DNA from: Spirulina sp. | GTDB lineage: Bacteria > Cyanobacteriota > Cyanobacteriia > Phormidesmidales > Phormidesmidaceae | Direction of reading: 5' to 3' | Length of the DNA stretch: 64,000 nt | Assembly: GCA_044070495.1 (NCBI GenBank) | Contig: JBIPSI010000020.1 | Span: forward strand, 43,122 to 107,121 | Part shown: positions 20,801 to 30,826 of the stretch, piece after piece | How the letters are laid out: every line of letters begins with the position of its first letter | How positions within the stretch are numbered: the first letter of the stretch is position 1 | Position numbers and translations under genes: made by a program | Notes under the pieces: model-generated | The model's database searches: none | Seen by the model: the letters and a program-made list of their open reading frames with translations, nothing else | Told to the model about the DNA's origin: nothing

Positions 20801-23695
20801 GTGTTGCCCAAAACCTGGAGGGTTGTGTTGATCAGACGCTACATTCGACTGGGGTTGATTCTCCTCTGTGGCCTGCTAGTGAGCTTGCTGTTCCAAGCGG
20901 CCCCGGTGTCGATCTCTGGAGTTCCAACCCTGGTTCACGCGGCTAAGGCCACTGAGGCTAAGGCGGCATCGGGCGACGGGCTTAAGCCCTTTGCGGAGGT
21001 GACCCGCGATTTTACGGCCACGACGGGGCTATTTACGCTGTATCACCAGCCCCGCACCAACCGCACCCTGCTGGGGTTGCGCCCCGACCAACTCAACCAA
21101 AATCTGTTGCTCATTACTACTCTGGCCTCTGGGGTGGGGGAGGCCGGACTGCTGCGGGGGATGCCCGTGAATAACGGCCTGCCGATCCAGTTTCGGGCCG
21201 CGCCCAACGACCGTTTGCAGGTGGTGGTGCCCAATTTCTTTTTCCGAGATGAGCTAGGCCAACCCCGTGATCGGCAAGCTCTAGCGGATTCCTTCAGCGA
21301 TTCAGTACTGTTTGCCCTGCCCATTCTCAGCCGCCACCCCGACAGCGGCGAAATGCTGATTGACCTCGCTGAGTTTTTGATCACCCAGGATCCGGCCAAT
21401 GTGTTGGCTGCCTTCCCGTGGATTGCCGATAACTATGGTGTGAATGCCGATCTGTCCTACCTGGGGCCAGTCCAGGTGTTTCCTGAAAATGTGGAGATGG
21501 AGACGGTACTGGGGCTAAGTGGAGGCGGTGGATCGGCGGATTTCTTTGGGCAAGGGCTAAGCAGTCTGTCCGATCAGCGGGGGTTTACCCTGCGGGTGCG
21601 CCATAGCCTTTCGGCCCTGCCCAACCATCCCAGTTTTCAGCCCCGTCCGGCGGATCAGCGGGTGGGCTATTTCATCACCGCCTACCGCACCGCCGAGCGT
21701 CGTCGTTCCCCCGACCCTGTGGTGCGATACATCCATCGCTGGCACCTAGAAAAGCAAGACCCCACGGCGGCCCTGTCTGCTCCCAAACAGCCCATCGTGT
21801 TTTGGCTGGAAAATACCATTCCCCAGGAGTACCGATCCGTCATTCGGGAAGGGGTGGAATGGTGGAATGCGGCCTTTGAACAGGCGGGGTTTCTGCGGGC
21901 CATCCAGGTGGAACAAATGCCGGACAATGCCCCCTGGGATCCGGCGGACGTGCGCTACAACGTGATTCGCTGGTCGGATTCCTTCCGGTCTAGCCTACTG
22001 GGCATTGGGCCATCGCGGGTGAATCCCCTCACCGGGGAAATTTTGGATGCGGATGTGATTCTGGATGCTAGCGCCATCAGCTACGCCAACCAGCAATATC
22101 AAACCCTCGGCCCCGGTGGCGGCGGGGAGGCGATGGCCCTTGGCCCCCTCTGCCAGTCTGGTTTGCTGCGTTCTGCCCTACGGCGGGAGGGTGCCCTCGC
22201 CAACGCCCCGGTCAACCTGCGCCTGTTTGCCACCCTGGCTACCCCCACCGCCGCCGGGGCCATGGCCGATGGGGCGGATTTCTGTGCCGGACTAGCCGGA
22301 CTGAGCCAAGTCGCCTTTGGCCGCCTCGCCCTCAACACCCTAGGCGCACCCCTAGCCAATCGGGCCACCCAGGAGGCCTACGTGCAAGACTTTTTGCGTA
22401 CCCTAACTGCCCATGAGGTGGGCCATGTGCTGGGGTTGCGCCACAACTTTGTGGGCAGCGTCCTGCGATCTCCCGAAGAACTCCACAACCCGGAAATCAC
22501 CCGCACCGAGGGCATGATCACCTCGATTATGGATTACCTGCCCCCCAACATTGCGCCGCCCGGATCGCCCCAGGGCGACTTTTTCCCCAATCAGCTTGGG
22601 GCCTATGATCGGTGGGCCATCGAGTACGGCTACCGCCCCACCAGCAACCCCATCGTCGCCCAGCGGGAACTCCAGGCCATTGCCGACCGGGCCAGCGACC
22701 CCCAATTGGCCTACGCCCCCGACGAAGACATCTTTGACGTGCTGGATCCCAAGGCCAACCCCTGGGACTGGAGCCACAACCCCCTCGACTACGCCGCCGG
22801 ACAAATGGCCCTCGCCCAAAGCATTTGGAGCAATCTGGACTGGTTTTCCCTCAACCCTGGTGAAGGCTACGGTCTGCTGCGCCAGCGGGTGGATTTGGTC
22901 TTCAACCACTACCTCAGCCAGGCCCTGGTGATGGCCAACTACATTGGTGGGCAGCGGTTCCTACGCACCGACCCCTGGAGTTCGAGAGGGCAGCCCCCCT
23001 TCCAACCCATCGCCGCCGCCGACCAGCGCCGCGCCTTAGAGGTCTTGGGCCAATCCCTGTTTGCCGTCGATGCGGTACAGATCTCCCCTGATCTGGTGCG
23101 CCTGCTGGCCCCCGACCGCTGGTGGCACCAGGGCCAACAGCCCACGTTTTTTCCCCTAGACTACCCCCTCTCCGACCGGGTTTTGACCATGCAGGCCATT
23201 GTCCTCAGCGACCTGCTCTACGGAGATCGGCTGTCCCGGCTCAGCAGTGCCGACCTCTACACCAGCGGCGATCACCTCAGCCTCACGGAACTCTCTGCAC
23301 GGATCACCCAGGCGATTTGGGGAGAATGGATGGCCCCCGCCGACCCGCTACCCGCCTCCAGCCTGCGCCGAGGGCTGCAACGGTTCCACCTCGATCTGCT
23401 GACCCAGTTTCTATCCCCCACCGCCAGCGCCCCCAACACCGTCCTAGACTGGCTGGCCCAGGAAACCGCCCGCACCGCCCCCGCCGATGCCCGACTGATG
23501 GCCCGCCACCAGCTTCGTCAACTTCAAACCGCCCTGCAAACCTACCACCGACACCACGCCACCCGCCTCGACAGCCTCAGCCGCGCCCACCTAGAGGAGG
23601 TCACCCAGCGCATCAACCAAGCCCTTAGCGCCATCAGCCCCGGTACCCGCTACGGCAGCGGGGCTAAAGGCGATGCCGACTTCCCCCCAGCCTAG
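20801..23695 (+). CDS. Exported zinc-dependent metalloprotease (DUF5117/DUF4953-type)
   Basis: Signal-like N-terminus; ADQRVGYF; AHEVGHVLGLRHNF; SIMDY Met-turn. Confidence 0.85.
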   Translation: MLPKTWRVVLIRRYIRLGLILLCGLLVSLLFQAAPVSISGVPTLVHAAKATEAKAASGDGLKPFAEVTRDFTATTGLFTLYHQPRTNRTLLGLRPDQLNQNLLLITTLASGVGEAGLLRGMPVNNGLPIQFRAAPNDRLQVVVPNFFFRDELGQPRDRQALADSFSDSVLFALPILSRHPDSGEMLIDLAEFLITQDPANVLAAFPWIADNYGVNADLSYLGPVQVFPENVEMETVLGLSGGGGSADFFGQGLSSLSDQRGFTLRVRHSLSALPNHPSFQPRPADQRVGYFITAYRTAERRRSPDPVVRYIHRWHLEKQDPTAALSAPKQPIVFWLENTIPQEYRSVIREGVEWWNAAFEQAGFLRAIQVEQMPDNAPWDPADVRYNVIRWSDSFRSSLLGIGPSRVNPLTGEILDADVILDASAISYANQQYQTLGPGGGGEAMALGPLCQSGLLRSALRREGALANAPVNLRLFATLATPTAAGAMADGADFCAGLAGLSQVAFGRLALNTLGAPLANRATQEAYVQDFLRTLTAHEVGHVLGLRHNFVGSVLRSPEELHNPEITRTEGMITSIMDYLPPNIAPPGSPQGDFFPNQLGAYDRWAIEYGYRPTSNPIVAQRELQAIADRASDPQLAYAPDEDIFDVLDPKANPWDWSHNPLDYAAGQMALAQSIWSNLDWFSLNPGEGYGLLRQRVDLVFNHYLSQALVMANYIGGQRFLRTDPWSSRGQPPFQPIAAADQRRALEVLGQSLFAVDAVQISPDLVRLLAPDRWWHQGQQPTFFPLDYPLSDRVLTMQAIVLSDLLYGDRLSRLSSADLYTSGDHLSLTELSARITQAIWGEWMAPADPLPASSLRRGLQRFHLDLLTQFLSPTASAPNTVLDWLAQETARTAPADARLMARHQLRQLQTALQTYHRHHATRLDSLSRAHLEEVTQRINQALSAISPGTRYGSGAKGDADFPPA

Positions 23696-23980
23696 GGAAT
23701 ACCGCCTAGACTCCATCCACCAGGGCTTGGCTAAGCGCGACAGACCAGCAACCTTCCCATGGCCTGACCGCCTAACACCCCTGCAACCTATCGCCAGTAC
23801 AAATCTGCGACCGCAAAGGCCAACGCTTGACCTGCCTGCGGCCTTCCCCAAGGTCTGCCTTCCGGCGCTGAGTGATAGACCGCCTCAATTGCCTGGGGAA
23901 AGCCTTTTAGGCCATCACAGCAGGCCATCAGGATATCCTTGAGTTCTCGATTTCGCTAACTATGGCGGTGACCTCGCTTG

Positions 23981-24017
23981 AAAGAAGGCGAGATGCGCCG
24001 TTAACGTATCTCGCCCC
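23981..24017 (-). terminator. Intrinsic terminator after tal
   Basis: GGCGAGATACG-loop-CGCATCTCGCC then TTCTTT on the minus strand. Confidence 0.55.
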
Positions 24018-24048
24018 CTGTTATGGAGAACAGTGTCCGAGGGAAATC

Positions 24049-25221
24049 CTAAACTAGTTGAAAGGCAGCCCCTAGGCCAACACCGATTTCGTGGACGGAG
24101 AGTTTGCCGTCGTGGTCGGAGTCGAGGGCATCAAAGACGGCATCGGTGCCGAGCCATTCTTCGCGGGTGATGAAGCCGTCGCCATCGAGGTCGTAGGCTT
24201 TGAATAGGTCGTCGCGGGCATGGGTGATCATGATTTCGCCCTGGGTGAGCTGAGCTAGGCGGGTGGCGAGGAAGTCTTCCAGGGTTTCTAGGGCCTTGCT
24301 AAAGCCTTTGATACCTTCGTCTAGCTTTTCCTTGGACATGCGGTCAGCTTCATGCATGGTGCGGAAGGTGGCCTCATCCATAGAGATTTTCTCGATATCC
24401 ATGGTCGCCGCCTTCTCAGGGTCGAGCTTGCGGGGCAGGTCGGCCTCGGTGCCCTCTAGCTGAGCCAACAACTGGGGCGAAATGGTGAGCAAGTCACAGC
24501 CCGCCAGTTCCGTAATCTCGCCAATGTTGCGGAAGCTGGCCCCCATGACCTCGGTGCTGTAGCCAAACTTTTTGTAGTAGTTGTAGATCTGCGTGACGGA
24601 GACCACACCGGGATCTTCGTGGGGGGCGTACGCTTCACGCCCGGTCTCTTTTTTGTACCAGTCTAAAATGCGCCCCACAAAGGGAGAAATCAGCGTTACC
24701 CCGGCCTCGGCGCAGGCGATGGCTTGGTGCAGGCCAAACAGCAGGGTGAGGTTGCAGTGAATTCCCTCCTTCTCCAACACCTCGGCGGCTTTGATGCCCT
24801 CCCAGGTGGAGGCGATTTTGATCAGCACCCGATCCTTACCAATGCCGAGCTTGTCGTACTGGTCGATGATGTTGCGGGCGGTGGTAATGGTGGCCTCGGT
24901 GTCGTAGGAGAGCCGCGCATCGACTTCGGTAGACACTCGACCGGGGATAATCTCCAAAATTTTCTGGCCAAAGGACACCGCCAAACGGTTAAAGGCCAGG
25001 TTAGCAATGTCCTTATCCGACGCCCCAGCGCCCGCATCGGTCTTGGCTTTGAGCAAGGTTTCATCCACAATTTGGTGATACTGGGGCATCTGCGCCGCCG
25101 CCGTAATCAGCGAGGGGTTGGTGGTGGCATCGCGGGGCGTAAATTTTTCGATGGCTTGGATGTCCCCGGTGTCGGCCACCACAATGGTGACTTGCCGAAG
25201 CTGCTCTAAAAGGCTGGCCAT
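24049..25221 (-). CDS. tal: Transaldolase with C-terminal EF-hand pair
   Basis: [39 protein letters not shown]-hand. Confidence 0.95.
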   Translation of the reverse strand: MASLLEQLRQVTIVVADTGDIQAIEKFTPRDATTNPSLITAAAQMPQYHQIVDETLLKAKTDAGAGASDKDIANLAFNRLAVSFGQKILEIIPGRVSTEVDARLSYDTEATITTARNIIDQYDKLGIGKDRVLIKIASTWEGIKAAEVLEKEGIHCNLTLLFGLHQAIACAEAGVTLISPFVGRILDWYKKETGREAYAPHEDPGVVSVTQIYNYYKKFGYSTEVMGASFRNIGEITELAGCDLLTISPQLLAQLEGTEADLPRKLDPEKAATMDIEKISMDEATFRTMHEADRMSKEKLDEGIKGFSKALETLEDFLATRLAQLTQGEIMITHARDDLFKAYDLDGDGFITREEWLGTDAVFDALDSDHDGKLSVHEIGVGLGAAFQLV

Positions 25222-25602
25222 AATATTCTCCTGAAATGGTAAGCGGGCTGGGGCGGGCTGCCCCCATGGGCTGTCCACATTATTGTAATCACAGCGGTTT
25301 TAGCCGTTGTGAACGCCCCATTAACGCCCTCAGGTTGCCATAGCCGCCTCCTGCACCGCTGTCCTGTCCATTCATCTGCGGGTTTTCTTAAGCTTTGGCG
25401 GCGAAATTTTTGGGCCTGTGCAGATCCTTGCCTAGGGATTCCCACCGCATGCCGGGCTGGCGCTTGGCCTGTCGTGGGCGGTGGGCTGGCTTTGGCTGCG
25501 GGGAGGGATTGGCATCGTCGCAAAGGAAGGATCAAGGCAATCGCACCCAAAAGCCAAGGAAAGCCCTATAGAATAGCCGACAGCGAATCACTCTCCTGCC
25601 CT

Positions 25603-26829
25603 ATGACGTCTCAACGCAAACCCAAATTCCACCCATGGATGCTGCTGTTCTGGGCCGCGCTGCTGGCCGTGGTCATGCTAGATCGGCCTGCGGTTGCCTT
25701 TTCGCCGCCGGTGGTGCCTTGGGGGGCCGATCCGTGGGAGACCGCCCCAATTCCCCAGAGCTTCCAGAACATTCGGGGGGTGTGGCTGACCACCAACGAT
25801 ATGACGATGCTGCGAGATTCCTCTCGGGTGCAGATCGCCATGGCCGAGTTATCTCAGCTCAACTTCAATACGGTCTATCCCGTCGTCTGGAATTCGGGCT
25901 ATGCCCTCTACCCCAGCGTGGTTGCCCAGCAAGCCGGGATCCCCTACATTCACCGAGGCGCGGCGGGGCAAGACATTCTGGCCGACGTGATTCACCAAGC
26001 TCACCGTCAGGGGCTGCTGGCAATTCCCTGGTTCGAGTTTGGCTTTATGGCTCCGCCGTCATCGGAGTTGGCCATCGCTCACCCCGACTGGCTCACCCAG
26101 CGCCAAAACGGCAGCCAAACCTCAGGCAGTGCGGCGGGGGAAGTGGTATGGCTCAACCCCTTTAAGCCAGAGGTGCAGCAGTTCATTACCAGCCTGGTGG
26201 CCGAAATGGCCTCCCGCTACGACATTGACGGCCTTCAGTTCGATGACCACACCGCCCTGCCCAGCGACTTTGGCTACGACCCCTACACCCTGGCCCTATA
26301 CCAGCAGGAAACCGAGCAGCCGGTGCCAAATAACCCCCGCGACCCAGCCTGGATGCGCTGGCGGGCAGACAAAATTACAGACTTTGTGGCTCAGCTCAAC
26401 CAGACCGTGAAACAGTATCGTCCCCAAGCCATCATCTCTGTATCTCCCAATCCCTACGACACCGCCTACAACTCGTTTTTGCAAGACTGGGTGGGCTGGA
26501 TCAATCGTGGCTTGGTGGATGAACTGCTGGTACAGGTCTACCGCTGGGACATGGACAGCTTTACGAACCAAATTCTGCGGCCCGAAATTCAGACCGCCCA
26601 AACTCAAATCCCGGTGGGCATTGGCATCCTAACGGGGTTACGTAATCGCCCCATGCCGATGTCGATGATTCAAGCCAAGGTGCAGCGGGCGACAGCCCAG
26701 GGGTTAGGGGTGGCCTTTTTCTACTACGAAAGCCTCTGGTACGATGCACCGGAGCCTGTGGCAGAACGTCAGGCCCGTTTCCGAGATTTGTTTAGCGTTC
26801 CGGCCTCCCGGTTTAGTCTCCGTCGCTAG
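25603..26829 (+). CDS. Glycoside hydrolase GHL10 (DUF187/YddW-like)
   Basis: IRGVWLT, NFNTVYPVVWNSG, IPWFEFG, YDIDGLQFDDH; start MTSQRK. Confidence 0.85.
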   Translation: MTSQRKPKFHPWMLLFWAALLAVVMLDRPAVAFSPPVVPWGADPWETAPIPQSFQNIRGVWLTTNDMTMLRDSSRVQIAMAELSQLNFNTVYPVVWNSGYALYPSVVAQQAGIPYIHRGAAGQDILADVIHQAHRQGLLAIPWFEFGFMAPPSSELAIAHPDWLTQRQNGSQTSGSAAGEVVWLNPFKPEVQQFITSLVAEMASRYDIDGLQFDDHTALPSDFGYDPYTLALYQQETEQPVPNNPRDPAWMRWRADKITDFVAQLNQTVKQYRPQAIISVSPNPYDTAYNSFLQDWVGWINRGLVDELLVQVYRWDMDSFTNQILRPEIQTAQTQIPVGIGILTGLRNRPMPMSMIQAKVQRATAQGLGVAFFYYESLWYDAPEPVAERQARFRDLFSVPASRFSLRR

Positions 26830-26923
26830 GCTTAAAAAGCCGTAGTTTGAAGAGTATTAGGCAGAAAGCTTCCCTCTAATAAAGGGCTATACCCCCAAAC
26901 ACACTACAGGTGATACGTGAAAT

Positions 26924-27058
26924 ATGGAAGCATCAACAACTATTAGGAAAATGATGGCTGGCAACAAAATTCTTGTGCCTGCATATCAGCGTGCGTATTC
27001 GTGGGATACCCCTATAGAGAAAGCAGGTAGAACGACACAAACTGACGTGTTCTTGTCA
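26924..27058 (+). pseudogene. N-terminal fragment of a DUF262 (GmrSD-like) protein
   Basis: ILVPAYQRAYSW is the DUF262 N-terminal motif; the AT-rich segment ends abruptly at the stop of the convergent gene. Confidence 0.65.
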
Positions 27059-30000
27059 GAACAGCGTGATCGGTGCGACGGGTTCGATGTCGGGGTTGTT
27101 GCCGCCGATTTGATTGGTGCGGAGAACCCAAAGGGCGGCTCCGTGGTCGAGGCAGAGTTCGGTGATGGTGTCGCTGGCCTTGCGGGGCAGCATGGTGCGC
27201 CAGCTTAGCAGCCCTCGGCCCAGGGTTTTGAGGGGATAGTCGGAGAGGTTGCTGCCGAGGGTGTCGTTGGCGGCTTCCCAATCGGCGCGGGCGCTGCCGA
27301 AGGGCAAGAGTTGTCGCTGAATGGCTTTGCGGAAATGGATGAGTTGCCGCAACTGTTGGGCCTGTTGGGGGTAGCGGGCTTCCCAGGCTTTGAGTTTGGC
27401 GCGGTGCGCTAGGATGGCCTCTTCCAGGTATTTGGCGCTGGCATACATGGCCTGGTTCGAGTCTTGGGCGCAGTTGTTGGCGGGGCCGATGTAGGTGACG
27501 CCGTTGCCATCTCCAATGCGGTAGCGGGCGGTCATGATTTCCAGTTCTAGGCACAGATCATCCAGGGCCGACCAAGCGCTACCGACAAAGGCAAAGGGTT
27601 CGGTGTAGGCGGGCAGCTTCACCAAAATATCTGACACGGGCCGAGTGCCCAAAAAGCCCCACTGACGGTCGCCCATATACAGCGACCAGTCCAGCGTTCC
27701 GGCAATTAGCCCCCGCCGATTGTGGGTATAGACCTGGTGGTAGCGAATTTGAAACTGAAGCTCGTTGGTGATGGGTTCCCGCACCACCCGCGCAATGCCG
27801 TAGGAAAAATGGCCAAAATACACCGGCCCCTGGGTGGCAGGTTCCGCCTTGGCCCCCCCAATGCCGCCATAGACATGCACCAATAGGGCCTGATCTCCCT
27901 CCTGCCATTGGGCCACAGCCTCCTCGGCATCGGCCCAGCGGGGATCAATCAGCACCGATTCTAGGGTGTTTTGCTTGGCTGCGAGATTTTGCCAAGATTC
28001 CCGTTCCAAGTACTGCCTGCCCTGGCGATGGTTGCCAATAAACCGCCCAGGGCGCAGTTGAAACAGCCGCCGAGGCCGCAGGGATTGCACCACAAACTCG
28101 CCGTTGGCCGCACAGGCCCCATAGATGTACCAACCGTCCTGGTTGAGGGGAGACTGTTCCAAATCCTGATTCACCGAGGCCGGGGTGTTGTTGATATCCA
28201 GCACCACCGTCGGCAACCACAGGGTTTCGATCAGGCCATCAAACTGCCCTGTAGACGGGTTGAAATGTACCACCCGAAACCGCTCTGGCCCTTCATCCAC
28301 GGGTTCCACAAACCGCACCAACCCATAAAACCGCCCGGAGGTCTGAATCGGCTCCTGGGTCACCGTCAACCGCAGCGTTTTCCCTGAAATCGTTGATCTA
28401 CCACCACTCTTGTCCCCCTCTCCCAGGGGGAGAGGGGCTAGGGGTGAGGGCTGCACCCACTCCACCGTCACTGGATCCGGCAACTGCACCACCACGTCAT
28501 CCACCGGACGCGCCCCCGCCAAGGATTCCAGCGGCGACACCACCCGCCAGTGGTTCAGCCGAGTCGGCAAAATTAACCCATCCCGGTGGGAGGCCTCCGC
28601 ATCGGCACTGAAGTGAATATCGCGGCTGATGATCTGGAACTCGCGCCGAAAGTCGGGGTCGGGCCGCCAGTGGATCTGCACCACCTGACCAATCCAGTCG
28701 GCGTATTCCGGTGGTGCGTGGAGAACCTGGAAGCCCACATCGCCCTGGGGGTGGCGGGCTTCCAGGGCGGGCAAAATCAGTCGCCCTACCCAGGGGGCCA
28801 CGGGCTGATACCAGGGGGCCGGGGGCGTGATGCCGGGGGGGTAGAAACTGGGGTGGTTGAAGTCGGCGGTTTGGTAGCGGTAGTAGTTGCCCTTGGTGAG
28901 AATGTCGTCCTTTTGTAGATCGAGCTGTTGCCGCAGATCGCCCACCAGAATGTCGAGCGTCAAGTCCACGGTTTGCTGGAGGTGGCTGCGGCCATCGGGC
29001 AAAAAGGCGTTGGGATCCACCACACCCCCCGGCACCTGGTGGGCCACGGGACCAAGGGAAATGAAGGTGATATTGCCCTGGCGTTTGGCTCGGTTCCAGT
29101 AGGATAGCCGCATCAGGGGCCAACGGCGGGGAAACATGATTGGCCCCAGGCGTTCTACTTTGTCGCGGTCGCCCACGAGGTGATAAAGCTGCTCGGCCTC
29201 TAGGGCACGAACGTTGCCGCTAATCACGCCGCCGAGGGAAATTACCTCGATGGGGGCAAATAGCGCCTGCCGTAGAAAGGGCATGATGCCCATGGCAATT
29301 TGGCCGCCACCGCTGTAGCCAATCAGGGTGAGGGGCACACCACCGCCGAGGGGGTAGCCGTGCTGCACCAGGCTTTCGTAGACCCGCTGGGCCACGCCCT
29401 GGTTGTAGATGGGGCCATAGCGCGAGTCGGCAGAAACCGCCACAATCAGCAAATTGCGCAGGTTAATCACCATCCCCAGCCAGCCCGCAAACCGCTTAGA
29501 CATGGCCTTGGTGGAGCGCCAAAAGAAGGCTAGCGGTCGCCCCTGGGTAAGGGAACGGTTTAGCACCGAGTAGGGCATCAACCCCTTCACGAGGGCCATA
29601 TCGGCGGGAAGACACTGCTCCAGTTCCGCTAAATATTGGGCCACCGCTGGCTGATAGTCTGCCGTAGCCTGATTGATGCCATCCAAATAAACGATGTAGC
29701 GACGAATGGCCGGAGCCTCTGGGGTCGCGAGGGCCGAAGGGTCTAAGGGGGGCAGGGTTTGCACGGTATCGCCATACCACCCGGCCCACCAGCCCAGGGC
29801 TTCTAGGGGAGCCAGCAACCCCGCCACGACTAGGGCCAAACTGCCAATCCAAAACAATTCAAACAGTGGCCCCGTGGGCAGGCGGGTAAAACTGAGGCGG
29901 TTAAACAGCAGCAGCAGCAGATCGCGCACAGGCTCTAGGGCAAAGCTGATCGCCAGGGTGAGCAGGGCCAACCCACCGTAGATCAAAAACAACCGTAGCC

Positions 30001-30826
30001 ATCGTCGCAGCCACCGGATACGAGGATCGGTGGCGGCACGGGCTAGCCGCTCTTGGCGGGATGGAGGGGACTCTGGTTGAGGCGTGGCTCGTGGTGTGGA
30101 ATTTGAAGGATCTGGATAAATCGTTGAATTTAGCGATTGGGAATCGTTTTGCGACGATTTTACCGTTAAATCCAGGTTAGACGGGTTGTTCGTCGTCCCA
30201 GAGGATGCGTCCGACGTTCCCCAGCCCTCCGTTGTGGCCCGTTGGTTAATCAGCGTCCGCAGTTGATTTTGATCCACCACCAACTGCACCCCGGCCACTT
30301 TGTTGGTCAGCCAATGGCCAAAGTTCACCAGGGGTTGTCCCACGGTTTGCTGAAGCACCAGCATCACCACCCAGCCCAGCCCCACATGGGCCACCACCAG
30401 CGGGGTAGAGAGGTGGGCCAATAGCTCGAAGCTAGCCACCACCAGCAGCAAACTCCACACCGCCAGCAGCCGCAGAATGGGCAACCCCAGGTAGGGGAGC
30501 GCCCCCAAAAAACTTAAGGTCAGCGGCAAATAGCCCAGGGTCAAGCTCTGGGTGATCACCCGCAGGGAAAGGGGGGCATTCAGCAGCCAAGCGCTGGCCA
30601 GCCAAATGCTGAAGGCCCAGGTGCCATAGCCCACCACAAACAGCAGGGCTGCCAACACCAGGCTAATCACAAACCGCAGGGGCCGCACTTGGTTGACAAA
30701 CAAAATGATGCTCTGGGCAACGGCCTGGGAAAACCCCGCCAAAAACACCACCCAAAAGCCACTATTTTGAAAGCTATCGCTCCAGGGTAGAACGTTGCCC
30801 AGGAGGTCGAACAGGTTATTGAGCAT
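27056..30826 (-). CDS. Large membrane protein: multi-TM N-terminus, alpha/beta-hydrolase-like domain and cyanobacterial CAAX/Abi-associated domain
   Basis: Several TM helices; LIGYSGGGQ nucleophile-elbow-like motif; HVYGGIGG, GHFSYG, NNCAQDSNQ motifs of cyanobacterial CAAX-protease-associated proteins. Confidence 0.7.
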   Translation of the reverse strand: MLNNLFDLLGNVLPWSDSFQNSGFWVVFLAGFSQAVAQSIILFVNQVRPLRFVISLVLAALLFVVGYGTWAFSIWLASAWLLNAPLSLRVITQSLTLGYLPLTLSFLGALPYLGLPILRLLAVWSLLLVVASFELLAHLSTPLVVAHVGLGWVVMLVLQQTVGQPLVNFGHWLTNKVAGVQLVVDQNQLRTLINQRATTEGWGTSDASSGTTNNPSNLDLTVKSSQNDSQSLNSTIYPDPSNSTPRATPQPESPPSRQERLARAATDPRIRWLRRWLRLFLIYGGLALLTLAISFALEPVRDLLLLLFNRLSFTRLPTGPLFELFWIGSLALVVAGLLAPLEALGWWAGWYGDTVQTLPPLDPSALATPEAPAIRRYIVYLDGINQATADYQPAVAQYLAELEQCLPADMALVKGLMPYSVLNRSLTQGRPLAFFWRSTKAMSKRFAGWLGMVINLRNLLIVAVSADSRYGPIYNQGVAQRVYESLVQHGYPLGGGVPLTLIGYSGGGQIAMGIMPFLRQALFAPIEVISLGGVISGNVRALEAEQLYHLVGDRDKVERLGPIMFPRRWPLMRLSYWNRAKRQGNITFISLGPVAHQVPGGVVDPNAFLPDGRSHLQQTVDLTLDILVGDLRQQLDLQKDDILTKGNYYRYQTADFNHPSFYPPGITPPAPWYQPVAPWVGRLILPALEARHPQGDVGFQVLHAPPEYADWIGQVVQIHWRPDPDFRREFQIISRDIHFSADAEASHRDGLILPTRLNHWRVVSPLESLAGARPVDDVVVQLPDPVTVEWVQPSPLAPLPLGEGDKSGGRSTISGKTLRLTVTQEPIQTSGRFYGLVRFVEPVDEGPERFRVVHFNPSTGQFDGLIETLWLPTVVLDINNTPASVNQDLEQSPLNQDGWYIYGACAANGEFVVQSLRPRRLFQLRPGRFIGNHRQGRQYLERESWQNLAAKQNTLESVLIDPRWADAEEAVAQWQEGDQALLVHVYGGIGGAKAEPATQGPVYFGHFSYGIARVVREPITNELQFQIRYHQVYTHNRRGLIAGTLDWSLYMGDRQWGFLGTRPVSDILVKLPAYTEPFAFVGSAWSALDDLCLELEIMTARYRIGDGNGVTYIGPANNCAQDSNQAMYASAKYLEEAILAHRAKLKAWEARYPQQAQQLRQLIHFRKAIQRQLLPFGSARADWEAANDTLGSNLSDYPLKTLGRGLLSWRTMLPRKASDTITELCLDHGAALWVLRTNQIGGNNPDIEPVAPITLF
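28414..28451. repeat. Half copy of the CCCTCACCC hairpin repeat inside a CDS
   Basis: CCCCTCTCCCAGGGGGAGAGGGGCTAGGGGTGAGGGC matches the right half of 7309-7406. Confidence 0.75.

Noticed and set aside
24049..24240. EF-hand fusion on transaldolase as a novelty
   Set aside because: Known feature of many cyanobacterial transaldolases
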